Shown: positions 49,097 to 57,840 of the stretch, piece after piece
Position numbering within the stretch: position 1 is the stretch's first letter
Layout: each line of letters starts with the position of its first letter
Assembly: GCA_963677485.1 (NCBI GenBank)
Contig: OY781964.1
Location: 960,001 to 1,024,000, forward strand
DNA from: Armatimonadota bacterium
Lineage (GTDB): Bacteria; Armatimonadota; HRBIN16
Direction of reading: 5' to 3'
Length of the DNA stretch: 64,000 nucleotides
Translations under genes and position numbers: made by a program
The notes under the pieces: model-generated
The model's input: the letters and a program-made list of their open reading frames with translations, nothing else
Databases searched by the model: none
Told to the model about the DNA's origin: nothing

Positions 49097-50872
49097 TTAC
49101 TGGCTCAGCGCAGGCAGCCAGCCGCTGGAGCCGGAGCCGTCACCTTCGCTGATGTGCGTGATGCCGCAATCCTCGCTGATCTTCTTGATATTCGCCACGA
49201 CCTCGGGCTTTTGCTCGGGAGTCATGTGATACAGATCGGGGTAGCTCACCTGCATCATCCACAGGGGCAGCATCAGCTTGCGCACGTGTTTGTTCACCAC
49301 GGGGTTTTTATCAGCCGCCAGCGCCTTGGTTAGGATAGGCAACCCTTCGGTGACCATCGTGTCGGGCACGGTGCCCTTCGGGTCCCAGGCTCCAAAGCCG
49401 TGGACATCGGGATTCTTGGCGATCTTGTCCATCAACGCCAGGAACTCCAAGACCAGTTTGTCGGCCTTGCCGTAATAGCCCTTGCAGAACTCCTTGCGGA
49501 TGGCCATCGGGTCCTGGCTGGGATCCCACATCAACTGCGCGCTGAGGTACTGGCGCAGCTCCGCGAGCTCACCGCCGGGACCCTGGTAGTTGGCCTGCAC
49601 CATCAGACCATTCACGCCATGACTAGTGTAGTATTTGATGTCCTTCGCTAGGCCGTCCAGGTTCTGACAGGGTGTCAGATAATGGGCGAAGTTGGTGGCG
49701 TAGTGCCAGATGTATACCCGCTTGGTCAGTTTGCTCCACTGGTCGATGTAGCTGGTGAGGTTCGCCCCCAGCCCACACGCCTCGAATCCGTGGAAATAGC
49801 AGCCTGCATGGCACAGCCGGATGATCACATTCGGGCGCGGTTTGGTGATAGACGGTGGCTTGGTGCTGTAGGCGTAGGCCAGGGTTTCGACCCATTTATC
49901 TGGGTATTTCTTCGCCACTTCGTCTGCGACGGCGTTCACAGCCCGCAGAATGGGGCCGTGCTGACTGCCCTCTTCGTTCACGACTGCCATGCACTTATCG
50001 CACTCACAGGCGCCTTCGCCGTCGTTTTGGCTGACGTCAATGATGGGCACATCGGGGTTCTGGACGATCCATTCCATCACCTTGGTCTTTATGATCTCGA
50101 TCACTTCGGGGTTTGTCCAGCAAATCTGTCCATGGATGGTTTGGTCGGTGCGTTTACCTTTGATCAGGCTGAAATACTCCGGGTGCTCCGCGTAGTATTC
50201 CGCCGGCGGAATGATTTTGCTGGCGCTGTGCACATACGGGTGGAAGGCGATCTTTCCGCCAGTGCTCTCATCGCACTTGGTATAGGGGCCGTTTAACCGC
50301 TGCCGGGCCGCCATGATTTTGGGGAAGCTGTCCCAATACAGCGTCTCGCGATACATCATGGGAGGGCTGTAAAGCAGGTGCAGCGGCCTCATGCTCACTC
50401 GGATTTTCTTGGGCACGACCGTGCAGTCGTGTGCCAGGAAGCGGATGCCCAGCACCTTCTCGCAGAACACGTAGACGCTGTAGAGCTGCCCGCGCAGGTT
50501 CTGACCGCTGAGGATGACATCCTGACCGTTGGTCTCGATCAACACGCCGTCTTCGGCCAGCTTCTTGATCTTGGCTGGTCCGTCGATCTGGCTGAACCGC
50601 TTGGTGGGTCCAAGGTAGAAAGCGGGGGTATCGCCGCTGACGGGCTCATTCACCACGGGCAGCTTCACGCCCGTAGACTGCGCGAACAAGCTTTGGAGCT
50701 CGCTGGCGGCGGTCTGTATCGCCGGCGACGGTTTGTTTGGGATGACGATGCGGTAGGTTGAGCTTCCGCTTGAAGCCAGGGTGAGCGACGACTGCGCCAG
50801 CGCGCTGATGGGAGCCGCCACGGCGCCCGCGCAGAGCATCGCCGTCATGGCAGAATGCATGGGATTGAGCAT
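49097..50872 (-). CDS. DUF4838 domain secreted protein (GH-like TIM barrel)
   Basis: Signal peptide; AASELQ, LYSVY..LGIRF, HPEYFSL, QICWTNP, SQNDG..CECDKC, TLAY, WDP. Confidence 0.82.
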   Translation of the reverse strand: MLNPMHSAMTAMLCAGAVAAPISALAQSSLTLASSGSSTYRIVIPNKPSPAIQTAASELQSLFAQSTGVKLPVVNEPVSGDTPAFYLGPTKRFSQIDGPAKIKKLAEDGVLIETNGQDVILSGQNLRGQLYSVYVFCEKVLGIRFLAHDCTVVPKKIRVSMRPLHLLYSPPMMYRETLYWDSFPKIMAARQRLNGPYTKCDESTGGKIAFHPYVHSASKIIPPAEYYAEHPEYFSLIKGKRTDQTIHGQICWTNPEVIEIIKTKVMEWIVQNPDVPIIDVSQNDGEGACECDKCMAVVNEEGSQHGPILRAVNAVADEVAKKYPDKWVETLAYAYSTKPPSITKPRPNVIIRLCHAGCYFHGFEACGLGANLTSYIDQWSKLTKRVYIWHYATNFAHYLTPCQNLDGLAKDIKYYTSHGVNGLMVQANYQGPGGELAELRQYLSAQLMWDPSQDPMAIRKEFCKGYYGKADKLVLEFLALMDKIAKNPDVHGFGAWDPKGTVPDTMVTEGLPILTKALAADKNPVVNKHVRKLMLPLWMMQVSYPDLYHMTPEQKPEVVANIKKISEDCGITHISEGDGSGSSGWLPALSQ

Positions 50873-51040
50873 GAGGATTGCACTCCTTAGAGTTTGGAAT
50901 AGTGATTGGTGTTAGTTTCACCAGCGTTTGTAGAAAATCCTGCAAAATGGCTTTGTAGAGGGCATTATGCCGGATATGTTTGTGTCATAATAAGGCTGTC
51001 AACGTGCAATGAAGCACCATACAGATAAGGAGCGTGTGCC

Positions 51041-51703
51041 ATGTATTACCAGCAAGAATCTACCCCGGAGCGACGAAAGCAAAGCCGCAAGAAACGAAAC
51101 TGTATCATCGAGCTAATCATCGTTTTTGTGATGCTTGGCATTCTGGTAGCTCTGATCCACTCTGCCTTGCAGCAATCAAGTAGTATCGCCAGGTTGTCAA
51201 ACAATGACGAGAATGCCAGGATCATTGGGGGCGCTTTGGCCATGTATAGCGATGATCATGACAGCCATTTGCCACTTTCCGCGAACTGGGCCGTAGCGTT
51301 ACAGCCATCTGTCGATGAGTATATGGAATCCCGGTATCAAGACGAAGTTAAACGGGTCAAGCAGCTCAAACTTGAAGGTGAGGACCCATATACTCCCACA
51401 AGACAGCATTTCGACATAGTGAAGTGGAGTCGCGACCCCTTCGCTATGAACCGAGCTTTGAGCGGCATCAACCTGAAGGCGATCAAGCACGCTGAACAGA
51501 CTGTAGCCTTCTTTGAGACTACCGAGCGTAAACCTAACCCGTCAGGAGACCAGAGAACTCAGTTGTCGCCATATGGTGAACGCAAATGTAATATCTTCGT
51601 GATGGCGGACGGTAGTGTGAAGATATCCGAGCACGCGAAAGATGGCAGCATCCGGCTGGTGGACAGGCATGGCAAGCCGGTGACCATCCGCTGGGAGCCG
51701 TAG
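51041..51703 (+). CDS. Pseudopilin-like DUF1559/H-X9-DG-related protein, array gene 1 (subtype A)
   Basis: Degenerate prepilin helix CIIELIIVFVMLGIL; ALAMYSDDHD..LP; FAMNRALSG; FFET; VMADG; ends IRWEP. Confidence 0.7.
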   Translation: MYYQQESTPERRKQSRKKRNCIIELIIVFVMLGILVALIHSALQQSSSIARLSNNDENARIIGGALAMYSDDHDSHLPLSANWAVALQPSVDEYMESRYQDEVKRVKQLKLEGEDPYTPTRQHFDIVKWSRDPFAMNRALSGINLKAIKHAEQTVAFFETTERKPNPSGDQRTQLSPYGERKCNIFVMADGSVKISEHAKDGSIRLVDRHGKPVTIRWEP

Positions 51704-51737
51704 GTGGTGTTTTTAGCAGCTGCGATGTGAGCGACTG

Positions 51738-52012
51738 GCCCCGAGTCGACGGGTTCCATCGCCCCAGGGGGCTCCATCACCCGTCGCTGATCAAATAGCT
51801 GTCCGCGTCGCTTCGCTCCTGCGGGCGCTGGCGGAGGGTGCGCTGCGTCCGCTTGCGGGCTGCATTGACTGAACCCGCGGCAGCGTGGTTGGTAGCCTGC
51901 GAAATCAGCCACCAGCCAACGGCGACGGGTTCGGTGGCCCGTCCGTGACTGCGTCCCGGTACGGGCACTGTCACCCATCGCTGATCATTACCGGCCCGCG
52001 TTCCGGCGGGCG
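51738..52012 (+). repeat. Modular multi-hairpin array repeat, copy A
   Basis: gtcgacgggttccatcgccccagggggctccatcacccgtcgctgatcaaat...aacccgcggcagc, followed by extra hairpin modules. Confidence 0.85.
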
Positions 52013-52191
52013 GTGGGGAAGCCATCCGTCAACTGAGTTGACCAGCTTAGTACGTTTGCTTTTCCAGGGGCCAAAGTCCGTAGCAAATCCGCTTTAAATG
52101 GCTGTGAAAGCTACATAATGTCGGGTGTGAATGTGTAATAATAAGGCTGTTAACGTGCAAAGAAGCACCATACAGATAAGGAGCGTGTGCC

Positions 52192-52725
52192 ATGTCAATC
52201 GAACGGAAGCCAGCCCGCTTGCCGAAACACTTCTTCGAATGGATCGCAGTGATAGCTATAGTGGTTATCTGCGGATATATCATGTATCCTGCCTACATCG
52301 CCGTAAAAGATTTCAACGAGGAAGACGACGTAGGACACAATGCCAGTGCAATCAGGCATGCCTTGATATCCTATATCAGCCAGAATGACGGTCACCTACC
52401 GCCTGCCGACCAATGGTGCCACGCTCTGCAGCCACTGATCGAAGGTGACGGCAGCTACAATCTATTGAAATGGGAGAGGTATGGTAAGCGGGTGGAGCCG
52501 TTTGCTATGGTCCGCGCATTAGGCGGTGTAGATTTCAGAACCATCGATGATCCTGAACACACGGTACTCTTCTTCGAAATCGCTGAGCGCAAACCAAACG
52601 TGTCAGGTGACATCAGCATGCAGGTCCCACCCCATGGCAACAGCAAGTGGAATCTCGTCATACTGGCTGATTGCCGTTGGAAAATCAAATATGCCACACC
52701 TGACGGGAAACGGTCCAAACTGTGA
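52192..52725 (+). CDS. Pseudopilin-like protein, array gene 2 (subtype B)
   Basis: FFEWIAVIAIVV TM; NDGHLPPADQWC; FAMVRA; FFEIAERKPNVSGD; HG..KWNLVILAD. Confidence 0.7.
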   Translation: MSIERKPARLPKHFFEWIAVIAIVVICGYIMYPAYIAVKDFNEEDDVGHNASAIRHALISYISQNDGHLPPADQWCHALQPLIEGDGSYNLLKWERYGKRVEPFAMVRALGGVDFRTIDDPEHTVLFFEIAERKPNVSGDISMQVPPHGNSKWNLVILADCRWKIKYATPDGKRSKL

Positions 52726-52738
52726 TGAATAAAGAATA

Positions 52739-53389
52739 ATGGGTATGTCTACCCAGCCAGAATCTGCCCCAGATCGACTAAAACATAACCGTAAGAAACA
52801 AAGCTGCATCTCCGAGCTGGCCTTCGTACTCGTGGTGCTCGGAATTCTGGTGGCCATAATCTACCCAGTAATCCAACATGCGCGGGACACAGCTCGGTAT
52901 TCGGACAATCCACACAATGCAGACATCATCGGACGGGCCTTGTTGCTCTATTACGAAGGTAGTGATGGCTGTCTACCACCGACTGAGCGTTGGGGAACGG
53001 TCTTGCAGCCATTTGTAAACCGTGTGATGGAAAAAGACGCTCTGGATCGCAGTATGCGTGACGGGAACAAAGAAGCTGCATATCGAATACGGCAATTCAA
53101 TATCGTGAGATGGGATCGCGAACCTTTTGCCATGAACCGAGCCTTGAGCGGCGTCAACGTGAAGAAGATCAAGCACCCCGAGCAAACCGTGGTGTTCTTT
53201 GAGACAACCGAGCGCATACCCAACCTGTCGGGTGACCAGAGTCTGCAGATGTCACCATATGGCGGACGCAAGCGGAACGCCGTAGTGATGGCAGATGGAA
53301 CCATGTTGATCATCGGACAGGCTCAGGGCGGCAGTGGTCGTCTGGTTGACTGGTATGGCAAGCCCGTAACCATCCGTTGGAAGCCGTAG
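52739..53389 (+). CDS. Pseudopilin-like protein, array gene 3 (subtype A)
   Basis: CISELAFVLVVLGILVAIIYPVIQHARDTAR; FAMNRALSG; VMADG; ends IRWKP. Confidence 0.7.
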   Translation: MGMSTQPESAPDRLKHNRKKQSCISELAFVLVVLGILVAIIYPVIQHARDTARYSDNPHNADIIGRALLLYYEGSDGCLPPTERWGTVLQPFVNRVMEKDALDRSMRDGNKEAAYRIRQFNIVRWDREPFAMNRALSGVNVKKIKHPEQTVVFFETTERIPNLSGDQSLQMSPYGGRKRNAVVMADGTMLIIGQAQGGSGRLVDWYGKPVTIRWKP

Positions 53390-53530
53390 CCCATGGTGAG
53401 GGCGGGGCGGATTTTGTCTGAACCACGGATTACGCGGATTAACAGAATGACATGGGTGGGCACGGAGGCGGGAAGATACGATGATTGTGTATTTATTACC
53501 ATAATCGGAACCGATGAAGGAGTAATCGAC

Positions 53531-54316
53531 ATGGCCAACCAACCAGAACCTGCACCTATTAAAACGGAACCAGCACATAGATACTCTCGAATCGGCTTAG
53601 TGATTGGCATTTGCGGGTTGATGATTAATACGCTAGTCATAAGCGGTAACCTGGCATACCTCTTTTTCGGTTCTTTTGTAGGGTTTATTGGAGTAGTCAT
53701 CAGTTTAATGGGCTTGACAGAGCCTGTTCAACAACACTCACCCCGTAGCAAAAAGATGGCGATGACTGGGCTTGTTACCTCTGTGGCAGGCATTGTCCCT
53801 TTCGTTGTTTTGATATGTTATTCAGTGTCCGAAGGGCACAAGTCGCGTGAAAGCTCCGCCTGCCTTTCTAGATTGAAGGGGGTAGGACTAGCGTTGAGGA
53901 TGTATGCCGATGATAATGACGGTCGGTTTCCTATGGCCACCAACTGGCAACCGACCCTTCGCAGCTATGATTCACTCAGTCTACCTCTCGACCGAACAGA
54001 TGATGATACCGCAAGGTATTTTAGTTGCCCCAGTGCTGATGATTATAAGCACAGCTATGGTATGAATTCCTTAGTCGGTAACTCCGTCGTCCCAGGGTAC
54101 GACAGTAAGAGCAATCCGGTGCTGGCGTTTGATTGTTCACTTCCTGTAGCTAACGCTAATGGCGGCATTGAAGCGGTGGACTTCCGGCATAGGATAAAAG
54201 GGCGTCAAGGTTTCGCCAACATCATATTCGTAGATGGTAATGCCAAGACGGCATCAAGACGGAAAACCGACTTGCCGAACGTGATCACCATCGATCAATT
54301 GCAATGGAGGCCGTAG
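53531..54316 (+). CDS. DUF4190-like TM + DUF1559/H-Xn-DG protein, array gene 4 (subtype C)
   Basis: Multi-TM N-terminus; CLSRLKGVGLALRMYADDND; CP; SYGMN; FRH-X14-DG; ends QWRP; start after GAAGGAG. Confidence 0.75.
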   Translation: MANQPEPAPIKTEPAHRYSRIGLVIGICGLMINTLVISGNLAYLFFGSFVGFIGVVISLMGLTEPVQQHSPRSKKMAMTGLVTSVAGIVPFVVLICYSVSEGHKSRESSACLSRLKGVGLALRMYADDNDGRFPMATNWQPTLRSYDSLSLPLDRTDDDTARYFSCPSADDYKHSYGMNSLVGNSVVPGYDSKSNPVLAFDCSLPVANANGGIEAVDFRHRIKGRQGFANIIFVDGNAKTASRRKTDLPNVITIDQLQWRP

Positions 54317-54438
54317 GCGGTCGCGTTGGCACCTGCGATACACGCCACCTGCCTACGGCGAGAGATAAACGTCGGAGGCGGGTGCGATCGGCCCCGCTGC
54401 GACGGGTTAAATTACGGAAAGACAAAGGAGTAAACATC

Positions 54439-55146
54439 ATGTATGTGAGAAGATCGCCGGCACAGTCTGAACCTGATTTTATCATCTCAGCAACCGCACG
54501 GGTGCTGGGGATAATGTCGGTATTCCTGTTCTTCACAATACTGCCGTTTTTCGGTGTTCTAGTCAGCGTCATCTCGTTAATTCTGGCTAACCGAAGCCAT
54601 GCTGTGCATAACCGATCAATGGCGCTCACAGGCCTCATCACCTCCATCGTAGGTTTGGTCATACTCGCTGGGTGGACAAGCCTCTCCATGAACGCAAAAC
54701 ACAAGGAATTTGGCCGTTATAACTGCTTGAACAACTCGAAACAGATCGGGTTGGCAATGAGGTTGTATGCCGATGACAACGACGGTATGTTGCCACCGAC
54801 CAATAAATGGCAGCGCCATCTGCGGAAATATACAAAAAGTGATCTGATCTACCGATGCCCTACTGCTAAAGACGCTAAGTATTCCTACGGTATGAACGCA
54901 CAAATAGGCAGCGTGTCAGAGCGCAAGTTGGCAAATCCGACCCAAACAGTGGCTGCGTTCGATTGTTCATTACCCATGGTAAGTGCCTCCGGTGGGCGTG
55001 AGGCGGTTGACTTCCGCCATCTGGTTCATGGAAATCCAGGCCTTGCGAACATCATCTTTACCGATGGCCATGCACAGGCGGCGACCGCCACCAAAACCGA
55101 TAACCCGAATTTCATGCCAATCGACCAGGTGCGGTGGAAGCCGTAG
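54439..55146 (+). CDS. DUF4190-like TM + DUF1559/H-Xn-DG protein, array gene 5 (subtype C)
   Basis: CLNNSKQIGLAMRLYADDND; CP; SYGMN; FRH...ANIIFTDGH; ends RWKP. Confidence 0.75.
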   Translation: MYVRRSPAQSEPDFIISATARVLGIMSVFLFFTILPFFGVLVSVISLILANRSHAVHNRSMALTGLITSIVGLVILAGWTSLSMNAKHKEFGRYNCLNNSKQIGLAMRLYADDNDGMLPPTNKWQRHLRKYTKSDLIYRCPTAKDAKYSYGMNAQIGSVSERKLANPTQTVAAFDCSLPMVSASGGREAVDFRHLVHGNPGLANIIFTDGHAQAATATKTDNPNFMPIDQVRWKP

Positions 55147-55155
55147 GCGGTCGCG

Positions 55156-55462
55156 GGCTGATTACTGCGGTATGAGCCAGTAACCCCGCGTCGACGGGTT
55201 CCATCGCCCCAGGGGGCTCCATCACCCGTCGCTGATCAAATGGCTGCCCGCGTTCCGGCGGGCGCTGGCGGAGGGCACCCCGCGCCCGCTTGCGGGCTGC
55301 AAATAGCTAGACGCGCGGTGAGGGAACCCCATTCATGGGGTGACTAAACCCGCGGCAGCTTGAGCCACCAGCTTCTATACACGCCACCAGCCAATGGCGA
55401 CAGGTTCCGTGGCCCGGCGGGCGTTGGGAGGCTACCCACCTGCCGGAGCGATGTCCCGCAGC
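55156..55462 (+). repeat. Modular multi-hairpin array repeat, copy B
   Basis: Core 55156-55359 nearly identical to 56263-56474; tail modules shared with copies A and D. Confidence 0.85.
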
Positions 55463-55506
55463 ATTGGTTTTACGACACGACCGACAACTATAAAGGAGGA
55501 ATTGGT

Positions 55507-56244
55507 ATGGAAAAACCGCTAGAACCTGTAAGTATAAAACTGGAACCGGCATACAAGGTCTGCAGAGAGGCGATTGTTGTTGGTTTGATATCGTTGGTTC
55601 TCACCCCATACTCGCATTGGGTGCCGGTATTTCCACCGATCGCCAACATTATATGTATTCACGCGATCATACAATCCGTTCGTTTGCGTTCTCGTCGTTC
55701 CAGGTGGTTGGCCGTCATCGGATTACTCGCTTCGACACTGTCATTCATGCCGGCTGTGATGATGATGTCAGATGCTCAAAAAGGGCATGAATTATGGAAT
55801 GCTGAGTCCTGTTGTCTCTCAAACACGAGGCAGATCGGACTCGCTATGAGGGTGTATGCAGACGATAACGACTCCAGTTGGCCGTTAGCCAGTCATTGGC
55901 GTCCGTTAGTTCGAGGATACATTGGCCACCAGTATGATGGACACGACGTCTTCCAATGCCCGATTGCAACGGACACACTTTATAGCTATGGCATGAATAT
56001 CAATATGAGCGGGAATATAGAATTGACAACCGATAATGGTTCAAAAACTGCTGCAGTGTTCGACTGTGCACTACAGCAGTATAATGCCTCCGGTGGTCGT
56101 GCCTCAGTTGATTTTCGCCACCAGAGGGGGCCATCGAAACTGGCAAACTTCGTATTCACCGACGGTCATGCCAAGGCGGTGATAAATGGTAAGTCGAGAT
56201 ACTCGAGCGAATTGGGTATCGATCAGGTGCGATGGAAGCCGTAG
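55507..56244 (+). CDS. DUF4190-like TM + DUF1559/H-Xn-DG protein, array gene 6 (subtype C)
   Basis: CLSNTRQIGLAMRVYADDND; CP; SYGMN; FRH-X13-DG; ends RWKP; start after AGGAGG. Confidence 0.75.
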   Translation: MEKPLEPVSIKLEPAYKVCREAIVVGLISLVLTPYSHWVPVFPPIANIICIHAIIQSVRLRSRRSRWLAVIGLLASTLSFMPAVMMMSDAQKGHELWNAESCCLSNTRQIGLAMRVYADDNDSSWPLASHWRPLVRGYIGHQYDGHDVFQCPIATDTLYSYGMNINMSGNIELTTDNGSKTAAVFDCALQQYNASGGRASVDFRHQRGPSKLANFVFTDGHAKAVINGKSRYSSELGIDQVRWKP

Positions 56245-56262
56245 GCGGTTGTATCTCACGGT

Positions 56263-56509
56263 GGCTGATTACTGCGGTATGAGCCAGTAGTCCCGCGTCG
56301 ACGGGTTCCATCGCCCCAGGGGGCTCCATCACCCGTCGCTGATCAAATGGCTGCCCGCGTCGCTTCGCTCCAGCGGGCGCTGGCGGAGGGCACCTTGCGC
56401 CCGCTTGTCGGCTGCGATTACCTAGACGCGCGGTGAGGGAACCCCATTCATGGGGTGACTAAACCCGCGGCAGCGTGGTAGACATGCTTCGATATTGGCT
56501 ACTGGCCTC
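56263..56509 (+). repeat. Modular multi-hairpin array repeat, copy C
   Basis: Most complete core; outer pairing gagccagtag (56281) with ctactggcctc (~56499-56509). Confidence 0.85.
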
Positions 56510-56576
56510 GCTGCTGTAGCGGTAATATGGCCATTCGGTGATGCATGTAATCGTCACACAAGAAGGAGCACTCCAC

Positions 56577-57104
56577 ATGGAAAAGCAGCAAAAACAAGGT
56601 CGAAAGCTGACGCATACTGTAATCGAGATACTGGTCTGTGTCGCGATCGTTGCTGGTTTAGTAGCATATGCGATCCCAATCTTCCTGCAAGCACAGGATC
56701 TTGCTAAGTCATCGAACACCCAGGAACAGGCCAAAATCATCGGTGATGCACTGAGAGCATATTGCGCAAAGAATGACGGTCATCTTCCGCCAGCCGATCG
56801 CTGGTGTGATGCCCTGCAACCGCACATCGCAGCAGATACCAACTACAGCCTGCTCACATGGCAGCGTAATGATAGTAGCACAGAGCCATACGCCATGGTC
56901 CGTGCTATGAGCGGTGTCAACGTCAAGAGCATCAAACACCCAGAACGGACTGTGGCGTTCTTTGAAATCGCGGAGCGTAAGCCCAACGTGTCAGGCGACT
57001 TGAGCATGCAGGTTCCGGCACATGGTAAGCGTAAGTGGAATGTGGTGGTTATGGCGGATGGCAATCGGAAACTCATAATGCCGCCTGTCACAGATACACG
57101 ATAA
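56577..57104 (+). CDS. Pseudopilin-like protein, array gene 7 (subtype B)
   Basis: TVIEILVCVAIVAGL; NDGHLPPADRWC; YAMVRA; FFEIAERKPNVSGD; H-X11-DG; paralog of gene 2. Confidence 0.7.
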   Translation: MEKQQKQGRKLTHTVIEILVCVAIVAGLVAYAIPIFLQAQDLAKSSNTQEQAKIIGDALRAYCAKNDGHLPPADRWCDALQPHIAADTNYSLLTWQRNDSSTEPYAMVRAMSGVNVKSIKHPERTVAFFEIAERKPNVSGDLSMQVPAHGKRKWNVVVMADGNRKLIMPPVTDTR

Positions 57105-57134
57105 CCTGTCGACACCGATGAAGGAGCAACCCAC

Positions 57135-57791
57135 ATGTCCAACCAAACAGATTCGCTAAAACCGAAATACAAGATACCCAATTGGGGCATCGGATTCATC
57201 ACCGTTGTTTTGGTGTTTTCATATCTGTGGGTGTTGCTACAAGGTGTAAGGAAAACAAGCCAAGACACACTCCGGTGGTCCAGCAACCAGCACACCGCAC
57301 GAATCATCGGAAGTGCCCTTTCCCTTTATTACGAACAGAATGACAACACTCTGCCTCCTTCTGACCGCTGGGCGACCGCTTTACAGCCTTGTGTCAATGA
57401 AGCGGTAGATAGAGCCCATCAAAAATATCTAGATCGACTCAAGCGTGAAGGTATAAAGGAACCCCCAAGCTCGAAATACCCGTACAGTGTGATCACCTGG
57501 GTATCTGAAGGTCACCAATATGAGCCATTTGCCATGAACCGAGCCTTGAGTGGCGTCAATGTGAAGAAGATCAAGCACCCGAGGCAGGTGGTAGCCTTCT
57601 TTGAGACCACCGTACGCAAGCCAAACGCTTCGGGTGACCAGAGCCTGCAGGTTGCTCCCTACGGCGAACGCAAGTGGAACACGATGGTGATGGCAGATGG
57701 ATCACGGCTGACTACCCAACAGGCGGAAGATGGCAGCGGTCAGCGGGTCGACCCTTTTGATATGGCTGTGACCATCCGCTGGAAGCCATAG
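57135..57791 (+). CDS. Pseudopilin-like protein, array gene 8 (subtype A)
   Basis: N-terminal TM; ARIIGSALSLYY; FAMNRALSG; VMADG; ends IRWKP. Confidence 0.7.
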   Translation: MSNQTDSLKPKYKIPNWGIGFITVVLVFSYLWVLLQGVRKTSQDTLRWSSNQHTARIIGSALSLYYEQNDNTLPPSDRWATALQPCVNEAVDRAHQKYLDRLKREGIKEPPSSKYPYSVITWVSEGHQYEPFAMNRALSGVNVKKIKHPRQVVAFFETTVRKPNASGDQSLQVAPYGERKWNTMVMADGSRLTTQQAEDGSGQRVDPFDMAVTIRWKP

Positions 57792-57840
57792 GCGCCGGGG
57801 CTGGCGGCTGCGATATGGGCGGTTATCCGCGCTCGGGCTA

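Noticed and set aside
51559-52097. Small ORFs in the array's intergenic repeats (also 57838-58446 and the 5' extensions of ORFs 53393, 54304, 55360)
   Set aside because: They are translations of GC-rich palindromic repeats with no RBS; real starts lie downstream after clear SD sequences.
51041-57791. Diversity-generating retroelement (TR/VR) explanation for the paralog array
   Set aside because: Differences between paralogs involve all four bases and are largely synonymous rather than adenine-specific; no reverse transcriptase is in the window.
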